A stretch of 64,000 nt of DNA from an uncultured Chloroflexia bacterium (GCA_963749705.1 CAVVNQ010000015.1:258600-322599); one strand, 5' to 3'. Positions 9,501 through 17,591 are shown, numbered from the stretch's first letter. The notes: generated by a model not told the origin, from the sequence alone. Numbers and translations are program-made.

Positions 9501-10380
9501 GATCATCACCAAGACCAAGTCGACGATGGCGGTGGTCACGCTCGAGGACCTCCAGGGGACGCTCGAGGTGGTGGTGTTCCCGCGGACCTACGAGCAGACG
9601 CTGGGCCAGTGGCGCGACGGCGCGATCCTGCTGGTCGCCGGCCGGGTCGACCACCGTGGCGACGAGGCGTCACTGCTCGCGGACGCGGTGTGGGACTGGG
9701 ACACGGTCGCGGAGCATGGCCCCGAGGCGTTCGCGCGCGAGGTGGGGACCCTGGACCGGCGGGGCGGCCGCCGGGGTGGGGGAGGACCGGGCGGGTCGAA
9801 CGGCCGCGGGTCGAACGGCAACGGGGGCTACGGACCCGCGGGTCGCGAGCCGGTCGCGGTCGGACCGGGATCCGTCGCGCAACCGGCGCCGGGGACCGCG
9901 TCCGCCGGAGCGCCACCGATCCGGATCTCCCCGGTCCGCGATGCCGAGCCCAGCGCGTCGCTGCCGCGGGTGGCCCCGGCCGAGCCGATCGCCGCCTACG
10001 CCGAGCCACCCGACCTTGCAGCTGCCTCCGCCAGCGACGCGGGAAGCGACGCCGAGGAGCCGGCGCTCCCCGACGAGCAGCGCGCGCAGGCTGCGGCGGC
10101 TGCCCAGGCGCCGAGCGCGCCGATCGAGGCTGCCCCCGACGCGGTGCTCAACGTCCGCTTCGCCCGTGACGCAGGAACCGAGCGGGTCGTGTCCGCGATG
10201 CAGGCCTTCAAGTCGCTGCTCCGCGAGCGACCCGGGCAGACGCGCGTCGTCGTCCATGTGCCGGCGCCCGGCGGCTCGGCGCTGCCGATGGAGCTGCGCG
10301 GCGTGGCCTACGACGCGGAGCTGCAGGCGGAGGTCCGGCGGCGGGTCGGCGACGGGGTGATCGAGCTCAGGCTCGGGTAG
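6517..10380 (+). CDS. dnaE: DNA polymerase III alpha subunit
   Basis: PHP domain start FVHLHTHSEFSLLDG, polymerase core (GSAPGS, PDIDVDF), HhH and OB regions. ATG at 6517 (alternative 6529) chosen over the 6325 ORF start. Long Gly/Pro/Ala-rich linker before the last roughly 80 aa. Confidence 0.95.
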   Translation: MVLPMTIAPNDFVHLHTHSEFSLLDGLGRITELVDTSVKHGFDSLAVTDHGALYGAVAFYQAATRKGIKPIIGVETYVARRSMRDKEGKADSQPFHLVLLATDMTGYRNLNRLLTDAHVDGYYYKPRIDREHLAKYSKGLVGLSACLSGEIPKALEVEDWELARKLAGEYGDIFGKDRFYLELQDHGIPDQRKLNEQLLRLAPEMDLPLVVTNDLHYVHKAQHEAHDVLLCVGTGSNVDTPNRMRFDTQEFYLKTAAEMFALFPDQREAYLNTRRVAEMVDLQLPLGETRIPHFPVPDGETVETWLRKECEAGLVRRYGAITPPLQERLDYELGVIISMGYAGYFLIVADFVRFARQQGIATTCRGSAPGSIVTYTLGITPVDPIDYGLPFERFLNPDRVTMPDIDVDFEDERRDEVINYVSHKYGQDHVAQIITFGTMLARAAIRDVGRVLGMSYGDVDRIAKAVPNQLGIKLEEAVQLSPQLKEMQDGDPQIAKLLGLARQLEGVARNASTHAAGVVISREPLTELMPLQKATNSDALMTQYEMHAIEALGLLKFDFLGLSNLTILRKAVDLIREHRGVTVDLESIPLDDAKTFELLASGETTGVFQLESAGMRRYVRDLQPTSVFDLAAMVALYRPGPMDNIPSYIRRKHGQEQVEYLHPLLEPFLNRTYGIFVYQEDIMAAAMALGGFTGPEADTLGYAIRKKKSSVLRSMKDKFVTQAAERGVPPQTIDAVFKAFEPFERYGFNKAHATCYGLIAYQTAYLKANYTVEYMTSVLTAFRDNAEKVAAAIAECRRLGIEVRTPDVHRSGLGFTVEGEAIRFGLLAVKNIGEGAIQSIIDAREEGGEFRSLTDFCTRVDLRLANRKVLESLAKVGALNMLGHPAQILLGLDDALAAGQATQRDRVSGQTSLFDLAGDEATTLERPLPATPETPVRERLRWEKELLGLYLSDHPMGEVAERVGQYVTAYSGDLKDESLDGQRVVLGGIVTGQRTIITKTKSTMAVVTLEDLQGTLEVVVFPRTYEQTLGQWRDGAILLVAGRVDHRGDEASLLADAVWDWDTVAEHGPEAFAREVGTLDRRGGRRGGGGPGGSNGRGSNGNGGYGPAGREPVAVGPGSVAQPAPGTASAGAPPIRISPVRDAEPSASLPRVAPAEPIAAYAEPPDLAAASASDAGSDAEEPALPDEQRAQAAAAAQAPSAPIEAAPDAVLNVRFARDAGTERVVSAMQAFKSLLRERPGQTRVVVHVPAPGGSALPMELRGVAYDAELQAEVRRRVGDGVIELRLG

Positions 10381-10435
10381 CGCCGGCCGAGGCTGCAAGC
10401 GCCCGGGCGAGGCTGCTGTCGCCGGCCGAGGCTGC
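10381..10435. repeat. imperfect about 19-20-bp tandem repeat x3 in the convergent dnaE/terB-like intergenic region
   Basis: cgccggccgaggctgc at 10381-10396 and 10420-10435, with the variant cgcccgggcgaggctgc at 10400-10416. Confidence 0.75.
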
Positions 10436-10494
10436 TGCGCCCGCGGCCCGCGCCGCGCTGCCGACCCGTGGGGCGCGTCAGGACCCGCGACGCG

Positions 10495-11073
10495 TCAGTT
10501 GCCGGCGACCCTGCGGACCTCGCGGACGCCCGAGAGCTTGTCGTGGAACTCGGAGCGGATCCGGTTGAGCGCGGGTCGCTCGATGTCCAGCTCCTCCGCC
10601 ATCCGGTTGACGAGCCATGCCTCGGTCGCATCCACCTCGTCGTCGACCGCCATCACCATCAGGCAGCACCGGAGCAGGCGCTCACGGTCCTCCATCGTGC
10701 TGATCGCCTTGAACTCGCGGGTGACGAGGTAGTCCTCCGTCGGCCCGAACCGCACCGCCTGCGACCGGGCGAGGTCGACGACCAGCGCCGTCGACGTCGC
10801 GTCGAGCCCGCCGACCTCCGCGACGATCCGGGTCATCTCGGCCGCCTCGGCGTCGGTCACCTGGAGGTCCGCATTGGCCGCCCGGCCGAGCAGGTACGCG
10901 AACGCCGCCACGAACCGCGCGCGTGCCGGGGGCAACGACGTCAGCCGGGCCTCGATGCGGCGCACGCTCGCCGTCTCGCCGGCCGGCGTGGCGGGCAGCG
11001 GCGCGTGGGGGTCGAACGAGAGGCCGTCGGATGCGGGTGCATCGAGGCCGAGGACGCGACGGAACACGCTCAT
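10495..11073 (-). CDS. TerB-like (tellurite-resistance TerB family) protein
   Basis: 192 aa. Helical pattern with paired acidic motifs (ADLQVTDAEAAEM ... MAVDDEVDATEAWLV) typical of the TerB fold. Lies 48 bp downstream of the ABC operon on the same strand. Confidence 0.6.
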   Translation of the reverse strand: MSVFRRVLGLDAPASDGLSFDPHAPLPATPAGETASVRRIEARLTSLPPARARFVAAFAYLLGRAANADLQVTDAEAAEMTRIVAEVGGLDATSTALVVDLARSQAVRFGPTEDYLVTREFKAISTMEDRERLLRCCLMVMAVDDEVDATEAWLVNRMAEELDIERPALNRIRSEFHDKLSGVREVRRVAGN

Positions 11074-11121
11074 GAGGACTCCGGGGCTTTGGTGGCCGAG
11101 CTCCGAGTCTACCGCTGGGGC

Positions 11122-11847
11122 TCAGTCGCCGCCTTTGACCTGGTATCGGGCCAGGCGCATGGCGCCCAGCACGGAGCCCGCCACGAGCACCACGACGATC
11201 AGCGTGAGCGAGCCCTGCAGGTCGAGCCCGTCGCGGACGAAGGTGGGCGGGGACACGGCATCGATCACGCCCAGCGTCGCCTCCCGCAGGCTGAGGCTCT
11301 TGGTCCCCGGCAGGATGCCCGCCAGCCAGCCCTCCCACAGCAGCGTATACACGAGGCCGACAACCAGCGCCCGGGTCGTGACCACGCTGATCGCGACGAA
11401 CGCGGTGGCGTAGGCGAGCGCGCCGACGATCACGCCGACGATGTAGCCGACGAGCGTCCCGCCCGCGGTGCCCAGCAGGAGGCCGGTGACGACGGCCGAC
11501 ACGCCGGTGAACGCCGCCGTCACGATGCCCGCCACGACGATCTTGGCCAGCACGATGTGCCAGCGCGGGATCGGCTTGGTCAGGAGCGCGACGCCCGTCC
11601 CGTCGTCGAGCTCGCCGCCCAGCGCGGTCGTCCCGAACACGAGGGCGGTCAGCGGCAGCACGGTCCGGATGATCAGGAGGTCGAGGATCGCCCGGTCATC
11701 GGCCACGCCGTCGCCGGCGACGCGCGACAGCAGCGCGACCAGGATCGGGACGAGCGCGAGCAGCCCCATCAGGATCGTCCGCCGCCGCCCGAGCAGGGCA
11801 CGGAACGTCGCCTGCGCGATGGTCCAGATGACCGACACGGCGCTCAC
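11122..11847 (-). CDS. ABC-2 type transporter permease
   Basis: 241-aa multi-TM protein. 4-nt overlap with the upstream ATPase gene. Confidence 0.75.
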   Translation of the reverse strand: MSAVSVIWTIAQATFRALLGRRRTILMGLLALVPILVALLSRVAGDGVADDRAILDLLIIRTVLPLTALVFGTTALGGELDDGTGVALLTKPIPRWHIVLAKIVVAGIVTAAFTGVSAVVTGLLLGTAGGTLVGYIVGVIVGALAYATAFVAISVVTTRALVVGLVYTLLWEGWLAGILPGTKSLSLREATLGVIDAVSPPTFVRDGLDLQGSLTLIVVVLVAGSVLGAMRLARYQVKGGD

Positions 11848-12869
11848 CTCGACACCAGGTAGGCGAACACGCGCTCGAGCGACTCGTCGGTCGGGAGCAC
11901 CTCGTGGATCGTGACGCCGGCGGCGCGCGCCGCCCTGGGCAGCAATCGCGCGAACCGTTCGCCGTCGCCGGTGCGGACGATCAGGCCGGCCGGTCCGAGC
12001 TCGACGCCAGCCACCGACTCGTCGGGCAGCAGCACCGTGGCGAGCTTCCGGTCGTCGGCCGAGTGGATCGCGATGGTGCGCGGGCGATCGGTCATCAGGC
12101 GCCGGATCTGGCGGAAGTCGCCCCAGGCCGCGAGGCGGCCGGCGTAGATGACCAGGATCGAGTCCGCGAGGCGCTCGACCTCCTCCAGGATGTGCGACGA
12201 GAACAGGATCGTGCGCCCTTCCGCGGCCATCGACCGCAGCAGGTCGATCATGTGCAGGCGCTGGCGCGGGTCCATCCCGTTGAACGGCTCGTCGAGCAGC
12301 AGGATCGGCGGATCGTGGACCAGCCCGCCTGCGATCTTGGCGCGCTGCTGCATCCCCTTCGAGTAGGTGCCGATGGCGCGGTCCGCCGCTGCCTCCAAAT
12401 CCACCGTCGCGAGCGCCCGGGCCGCCGCCGCGCGCGGATCCGGGAGCCGGTGGAGGCGGGCGTTGAACTCGGCGTACTGGCGGCCCGTCAGGTGTCCGGG
12501 CACCGCCTCGCGCTCGGGCACCAGCCCCAGGCGACGGTAGATGGACGGGTTGCGCCAGGCGGTCTCACCGGCGATCGTGACGCGCCCGGTCGACGGCGCC
12601 AGCAGCCCCGCGGTCATGTGCAGGATCGTCGTCTTGCCTGCGCCGTTGGGTCCCAGCAGCCCGGTCACGCCGGGCCCGAGCGAGAACGAGATGTCGTTGA
12701 CGGCCACCACGTTGCCGTACCAGCGCGAGGCGTGGTCGAGCTGGATGCCGAACGCGCCGGGGGCCGCCGGTGGCGGGGGAGGTGCGGGCAGCCCCGGCGC
12801 CGTCGCGTCGGGCGGGGGAACCGGCGGTGCCGCCACGGCAGGCTGGCGGGTCTCGCGCACCTCGCTCAT
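11844..12869 (-). CDS. ABC transporter ATP-binding protein (Pro/Ala-rich N-terminal extension)
   Basis: Walker A GPNGAGKTT, signature YSKGMQQR, Walker B LLLDEP, H-loop SSHIL. Confidence 0.9.
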   Translation of the reverse strand: MSEVRETRQPAVAAPPVPPPDATAPGLPAPPPPPAAPGAFGIQLDHASRWYGNVVAVNDISFSLGPGVTGLLGPNGAGKTTILHMTAGLLAPSTGRVTIAGETAWRNPSIYRRLGLVPEREAVPGHLTGRQYAEFNARLHRLPDPRAAAARALATVDLEAAADRAIGTYSKGMQQRAKIAGGLVHDPPILLLDEPFNGMDPRQRLHMIDLLRSMAAEGRTILFSSHILEEVERLADSILVIYAGRLAAWGDFRQIRRLMTDRPRTIAIHSADDRKLATVLLPDESVAGVELGPAGLIVRTGDGERFARLLPRAARAAGVTIHEVLPTDESLERVFAYLVSR

Positions 12870-13819
12870 GCGGAGATCCGCTGGTAGCGCCGGAGGAGGA
12901 TGGCGCCGAGCACGACCATCGCCCCGATCGCGGTCGCGAAGTAGATCTCAGGCCCGAGCGCCGCGGCGCGCACCGGGTCGCTGTCGGGACGGACGTCGAA
13001 CAGCCACGCGTTGGTCGCCGTCAGCACGTCCTGCGCGCTGGCCAGCACCGTCCAGCGGGCCAGGTCGTGGCGGGCGACCTGCTCCGCGATCTGGGCGATC
13101 ACGGGCGGGATCACGATCACGGCGATGATCGCCGCCGTGGCATACGCCCGGCGCGGCGTGAACGCGGACACGGTGACGGCGATCGCGCCCAGCAGGCCCG
13201 CCGTCAGCAGCCCCTGCCCGATGATCGCGGGCAGCACCGGCAGGTTGTCGCCCAGCTCCGCGATGATGTCGGGCGCCGACAGGATCCGGCCCAGGAACAC
13301 GATCGCCTGGGGGAGCAGGACGAGGATGAGGATCGCGATCGCGAAGCCACCCACCCGCGCGACGACGTAGTCGGTGCGGGCGAGCGCCCGCGAGAAGTAC
13401 AGCGACAGGACGTGGTACCGCTGGTCCTTGCCCAGCAGCTCCGGGGCCTGCGCCGCGCAGAACAGGAACACGATCTGCGCGATCGCGCCGTACAGCGAGT
13501 CGTAGCGCAGCGGCGAGGCCTCGGCGAGCAGCTGGCCGGCCTCGCCCGCCTGGCGCGCGAGCGCGAGGATCGCGACGGCGACGATCGCGGGCACGATGCC
13601 CATCGCCGCGAGGCCGAACGGGATGATCTTGGCCCGCCCGCCACGTCCGATCCCGTACGTCGTCCGGATCGTGTATGCCATCAACGCGACCAGCGCGTGG
13701 CGGCGTCCGAGCCGCGGGCCGTCGTAGTGGCGGTAGCCGAGGTCGTAGATGCTCCCGGTGGACGGCGCTCCGCTGCCATTGGCGGTGGGCGCGGTGCCCG
13801 CCGGGACCCCGCCGGTCAC
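12866..13819 (-). CDS. ABC transporter permease
   Basis: 317-aa multi-TM protein with a conserved-looking N-terminal IYDLGYRHYDGPRLGRRHA motif. Overlapping start/stop with both neighbours. Confidence 0.75.
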   Translation of the reverse strand: MTGGVPAGTAPTANGSGAPSTGSIYDLGYRHYDGPRLGRRHALVALMAYTIRTTYGIGRGGRAKIIPFGLAAMGIVPAIVAVAILALARQAGEAGQLLAEASPLRYDSLYGAIAQIVFLFCAAQAPELLGKDQRYHVLSLYFSRALARTDYVVARVGGFAIAILILVLLPQAIVFLGRILSAPDIIAELGDNLPVLPAIIGQGLLTAGLLGAIAVTVSAFTPRRAYATAAIIAVIVIPPVIAQIAEQVARHDLARWTVLASAQDVLTATNAWLFDVRPDSDPVRAAALGPEIYFATAIGAMVVLGAILLRRYQRISA

Positions 13820-14772
13820 GATGTGGCTCCCGGCCCGGCGGTCGGCTCTCCCGGGGCTGCCGAGGCAACCGGCGCCACCGGGGTAGCTGCGGCGGCCACG
13901 GCCGCGCCCGGGGTCGACGGCGTCTCGTCGCGGAACAGGTCCTCGAGGCTCCGGCGCCGGGGCTCGAGACGCACCAGCGCGAGGCCGAGGTCGGCCACCG
14001 CGTCGCGCACGATGTCGTAGGCAGGTTCGGAGTCGATCGCCACCAGCAGGGCGCGTCCGTCCGGCGTGACCGGGAGCCCGTGGGTCACCAGCGCCGCCGC
14101 CAGTGCCTCCTCGCCGTCCTCCACTTCGACCGCGACCATCCCCGTTCGTCCGGTGAGCGAGCCCAGCGGCGCCGCCTGGAGCAGTCGGCCGCCCTCGATC
14201 GCGACCAGGAAGTCACACACGCGCTCGATCTCGCCCAGCAGGTGGCTGGCCACGATGATCGCGATGCCGAACTCGTGCCCGGTCCGTTCGACCAGGCGCA
14301 GCATCTCGTCCCGTCCGCCGGGGTCCAGGCCGTTGGTCGGCTCGTCGAGCAGCAGCAGCTTCGGATCGTGGACCAGCGCCTGGGCCAGCTTGACGCGCTG
14401 CTTCATCCCGGTCGAGTAGCCGCCGATCGCGCGGTACCGCTCCTCGTACAGCCCGACGTGGCGCAGGACCTCGGCCGTCCGCTCGCGCGCGGCGTCGGCC
14501 GGGAGCCCGCTCATCCGCGCGAGGTGGGTGACGAGGTCGGTGGCGGTCAGGTCGGGTGGCAGGGCGTCGTGCTCCGGCATGTAGCCGACGAACTGGCGGA
14601 TGCGGGGTCCCTCGCTCCGCACGTCGAGGTCGAGCACGGTCGCCGAGCCGCTGGTGACGTCGATCAGGCCCAGCAGGACCTTGATCAGCGTGCTCTTGCC
14701 GGCCCCGTTCGAGCCGACCAGGCCCACGATCCCGGGCTCGATGTCGACGCTGAGGTCGTCGAGCGCGGTCAC
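13816..14772 (-). CDS. ABC transporter ATP-binding protein (N-terminus probably extends to a GTG at 14821 through a +1 frame break)
   Basis: Walker A GSNGAGKST, signature YSTGMKQR, Walker B LLLDEP, H-loop ASHLL. The conserved LTKRYPG (A-loop Tyr) is encoded in-frame just upstream of the 14772 GTG, but is cut off from any canonical start by a TGA. Confidence 0.85.
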   Translation of the reverse strand: MTALDDLSVDIEPGIVGLVGSNGAGKSTLIKVLLGLIDVTSGSATVLDLDVRSEGPRIRQFVGYMPEHDALPPDLTATDLVTHLARMSGLPADAARERTAEVLRHVGLYEERYRAIGGYSTGMKQRVKLAQALVHDPKLLLLDEPTNGLDPGGRDEMLRLVERTGHEFGIAIIVASHLLGEIERVCDFLVAIEGGRLLQAAPLGSLTGRTGMVAVEVEDGEEALAAALVTHGLPVTPDGRALLVAIDSEPAYDIVRDAVADLGLALVRLEPRRRSLEDLFRDETPSTPGAAVAAAATPVAPVASAAPGEPTAGPGATS

Positions 14773-15064
14773 GCCCGGATACCGCTTGGTCAGGTTCGAC
14801 AGTGGAGACGAGCGGGCTCACCGGGGGAGAGTACCGGTCGCACGCAAGGGGGACGCCTGCCGTTCGGCCGTGCCAGGCGGTCTCGTGGAACCGCGCCATT
14901 GCCCCATCGGGCATCGCCGCGACCCGCGCGGGCGCACCCGCGGGACTGGTCGCCGTCCGTGGTGCGTGCGACCATGGCGCACGCCGCGCGTGCGTGCAGC
15001 GCGGCGGCGCCCGGGATCGAACGGCCGGGCACGACGGGTGCACGCCCTGAGCCCGAGGACCGCC

Positions 15065-15454
15065 ATGCCCCAGCTCGTCGTCAACGGCGCCATGCTCACC
15101 TGCGCGTTCGGGGTCGCGCCCGCGACGCTGACCGTGATCCGGCCCACCATCAACATCGCCGGCCAGCCGGCGGCCACGATCATGGACTTCGCGCCCAACA
15201 CCAACATCGCGCCGTTCGGCATGTGCACGACGTTGTCCAATCCGCAGGTCGCCAGCGCCACGTCGGCCGCCTCCGGCGTGCTGACCCCGCAGCCGTGCAT
15301 GCCGGTGACGACCAGCCCGTGGACCCCCGGATCGTCGACGATGATGATCGAGAACAACCCGGCCCTGACCGACAGCTCGACGTGCATGTGTGCGTGGGGC
15401 GGCGCGATCACGATCACGCAGCCCGGCCAGATGACCGTCAGCGTCGGCAGCTAG
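15065..15454 (+). CDS. DUF4280 domain protein (PAAR-like spike-tip family)
   Basis: 129 aa. Hallmark pattern GAMLTCAFG ... PFGMC ... TPQPCMP ... STCMCAWGG-ITIT-PGQ. GAGGA Shine-Dalgarno 5 nt upstream of the ATG. Confidence 0.8.
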   Translation: MPQLVVNGAMLTCAFGVAPATLTVIRPTINIAGQPAATIMDFAPNTNIAPFGMCTTLSNPQVASATSAASGVLTPQPCMPVTTSPWTPGSSTMMIENNPALTDSSTCMCAWGGAITITQPGQMTVSVGS

Positions 15455-15545
15455 TGGTGCCGGCGAGCCAGCCCCGACGCGCCGAGTCCCGTCCGTGGTC
15501 AGCCCCGACGATCGCCGTGGCGCGCGCCACGGCGGAGGTCGACTG

Positions 15546-16085
15546 ATGCGGATCGCGTTCCTGACGTTCGGCAACATGCTCGCTCCGTGGGGCGACCCGG
15601 TGGTGGCCGAGTTCGAGGCGAGAGAGGAGGCCGTGTTCGGGGCTGCCGAAGAGAGCCCGGGCTTTGTCGCCTACGCGCCCTCCGTCGATCGCGCTCCCGG
15701 CGCACCCGTCCGGCACTCGCCGTTCTACATGGGATCGCCCGGCGAAGCCCTCGACTCGGAAGCATCAACGCTCACGGTGTGGCGCGATCTCGAGTCAGTC
15801 TTCGCGTTCGCCTACGGTGGCCGGCATCTGGAGGCGTTCAAGCGGCGTCGGAGCTGGTTCCATCCCCCGGCCTGGCCGCGCTACCTGGCGTGGTGGATCG
15901 GGGACGACGAGCTCCCGACCTGGGAGGACGCGTACGCCCGTCAGGAACGGCTGCATGCGATGGGGCCGACGCCCGAGGCGTTCGACTTCCACCACCCCTT
16001 TGACGCTGACGGCCAGCCGACCACGGTGCGGCGACCGCCGGCCCGCCCGGGTGGCGCCGGCGGCGCAACAGGCAACGGCGCCTGA
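15546..16085 (+). CDS. DUF3291 domain protein
   Basis: Motifs SPGFV, LTVWRDLESVFAFAY, WF-PP-YLAWWI, GPTPEAFDF match the DUF3291 pattern. GGAGG Shine-Dalgarno 7 nt upstream of the ATG at 15546. Confidence 0.7.
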   Translation: MRIAFLTFGNMLAPWGDPVVAEFEAREEAVFGAAEESPGFVAYAPSVDRAPGAPVRHSPFYMGSPGEALDSEASTLTVWRDLESVFAFAYGGRHLEAFKRRRSWFHPPAWPRYLAWWIGDDELPTWEDAYARQERLHAMGPTPEAFDFHHPFDADGQPTTVRRPPARPGGAGGATGNGA

Positions 16086-16088
16086 CGG

Positions 16089-16658
16089 TCAGCTTCGCGT
16101 TGCCGGGAGCGCCTGGGGTGCCCGTCTGATCTCGTCGAGAAAGGCGCGAACCTCCGCCGGCGTGCGGAGCCTGACCACCGATACGTGGTCCCAGGTGCCA
16201 TCACCCAGCAGCGCCTCGTACTTGCGACGGGTGTGCCGATGGCGGGTCCAAGCCCACAGGATGATGTTGTTCTCGGGCCTCGGATCGAACAGGTTCGACC
16301 AGGGTTCCCGGTTGCCGTTCCACAGCTCCTCGCGGGTGATCATCCGCCGCAGGGTGCGGGCCACAACGCGCCGAAGCACGGTCGTCCTGGGTGGGTCGAG
16401 CCAGACCACCGTGTCGGCCCGCGGCCACACGACCTGGGCGACCCCGTGGCTCGTGTAGTTGCCGTCGATCACCCACGCATCGCGCTCCGCGAACGCCGCG
16501 ACCTTCGCCTGGAACGCGTCATCGTCCAGCTGGCGCCAACCGTTGAGGTGGAACAGGGAGTCGAGCTCGAGATGAGGGAGCCCGAGCGCCTGCGACAACG
16601 CCCGCGCCATCGTCGTTTTGCCCGAGGCGCTCGACCCGATCACCGAGATCCGCTTCAT
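16089..16658 (-). CDS. P-loop NTPase, adenylate-kinase/topology-modulation (FlaR)-like
   Basis: MKRISVIGSSASGKTT Walker A at the N-terminus, about 190 aa. Start set at 16658 because the longer ORF would run into the tRNA. Confidence 0.8.
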   Translation of the reverse strand: MKRISVIGSSASGKTTMARALSQALGLPHLELDSLFHLNGWRQLDDDAFQAKVAAFAERDAWVIDGNYTSHGVAQVVWPRADTVVWLDPPRTTVLRRVVARTLRRMITREELWNGNREPWSNLFDPRPENNIILWAWTRHRHTRRKYEALLGDGTWDHVSVVRLRTPAEVRAFLDEIRRAPQALPATRS

Positions 16659-16702
16659 CGATCGCGTTCCTGGAGCCTCCGGCCGGTGCGCGACAGTGAT
16701 GG

Positions 16703-16788
16703 TGGTACCGAAGGTGGGATTCGAACCCACACGAGGTTGCCCTCAACGGTGTTTGAGACCGTCGCGTCTGCCATTCCGCCACTTCGGC
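16703..16788 (-). tRNA. tRNA-Leu (anticodon CAA), class II with long variable arm, CCA encoded
   Basis: Hand-folded cloverleaf. Acceptor GCCGAAG/CUUCGGU, D-stem GCG/CGC, anticodon stem ACGGU/ACCGU with loop CUCAAAC, variable arm GAGG-GCAA-CCUC, T-arm GUGGG-UUCGAAU-CCCAC, discriminator A then CCA. Confidence 0.92.
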
Positions 16789-16837
16789 ACGTGCGGCAAT
16801 CGTAGCGGAGCCGCCACACGGGTTGACGGCGCCGGGG

Positions 16838-16863
16838 GGAACCGATCCCGGGCGCGTGACGTC
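16838..16863 (+). promoter_or_regulatory. ECF-type promoter-like motif GGAAC-N17-CGTC upstream of the ECF sigma gene
   Basis: GGAAC at 16838-16842 and CGTC at 16860-16863. ECF sigma genes are commonly autoregulated from GGAAC/CGT-type promoters. Confidence 0.25.
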
Positions 16864-16922
16864 GATGCGGCAATGCCGATCCCGTCCGCGTTCCCGCGAC
16901 CCCGCCGTGCGCCCGCGCCCCG

Positions 16923-17591
16923 ATGCTAGACTCGCCGCGCCTCACCATCCCCGTCAGGAGGGCCGCGCCCGTCGTGCAGGACGCCCGCGCGTCCGAGGCC
17001 GTTGACGATCCGATCCAGCGCCGCGACCTGATCCTGCTCGAGCAGGCACGGGACGGCAGTCTGGACGCGTTCAACAGCCTCGTCGAGTGCTACCAGGACC
17101 TGCTCTTTGCGCTCGTCGCGCGAATGGTTCCCGACCGGGACCAGGCCGGCGACGCGGTCCAGGAGGCGTTCTTCTCGGCGTACCGCAACCTTCGCTCGTT
17201 CCGCGGCGGCAGCGTCCGCTCATGGCTGAGCCGGATCGCGGTGAACGCAGCGATGGACCAGCAGCGGCTCAGGAAGCGACGGCCGTCCCAGCCCTACCCG
17301 GAGCTCGAGGACGACACGTGGCAGCCACCGGCGGGTCCCGAGGCGGACCCGGAGCGGACGGCGATGCGCAGCGAGCGCGCGCGGGTGCTCAAGGCGGCGT
17401 TGGGGGAGATCACGCCCGACCAGCGGCACGCGATCGTGCTGTTCGATGTCGAGGGGTTCGACTACTCGGAGATCGCCGAGATGACCGGCGTGTCGCTGGG
17501 CACCGTCAAGTCCCGGATCCACCGCGGCCGGCTTGCGCTGCGTGACCGGCTCGAGGGCTCGATCGGCCTGTTCCGCGGGGAGGATGGCTGA
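16923..17591 (+). CDS. RNA polymerase sigma factor, ECF (sigma-70 family)
   Basis: Region 2 (DAVQEAFFSAYRNLRSFRG ... WLSRIAVNAAMD) and region 4 (EIAEMTGVSLGTVKSRIHRGR). An alternative start is the GTG at 16974, downstream of AGGAGG. Confidence 0.88.
   Translation: MLDSPRLTIPVRRAAPVVQDARASEAVDDPIQRRDLILLEQARDGSLDAFNSLVECYQDLLFALVARMVPDRDQAGDAVQEAFFSAYRNLRSFRGGSVRSWLSRIAVNAAMDQQRLRKRRPSQPYPELEDDTWQPPAGPEADPERTAMRSERARVLKAALGEITPDQRHAIVLFDVEGFDYSEIAEMTGVSLGTVKSRIHRGRLALRDRLEGSIGLFRGEDG

Noticed and set aside
14962-14997. Mutually exclusive hairpins formed by three gcgtgc/gcacgc arms upstream of the DUF4280 gene, considered as a possible attenuator.
   Set aside because: The stems are only 6-7 bp, built from a GC-rich simple motif. 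One loop is only 3 nt, and there is no leader peptide or U-tract. This is indistinguishable from chance in this composition.
14773-16790. tRNA-Leu-adjacent segment (DUF4280, DUF3291, kinase) considered as an integrated genomic island.
   Set aside because: No integrase or recombinase is present, I could see no duplicated tRNA 3' end (att repeat), and there is no marked GC shift.
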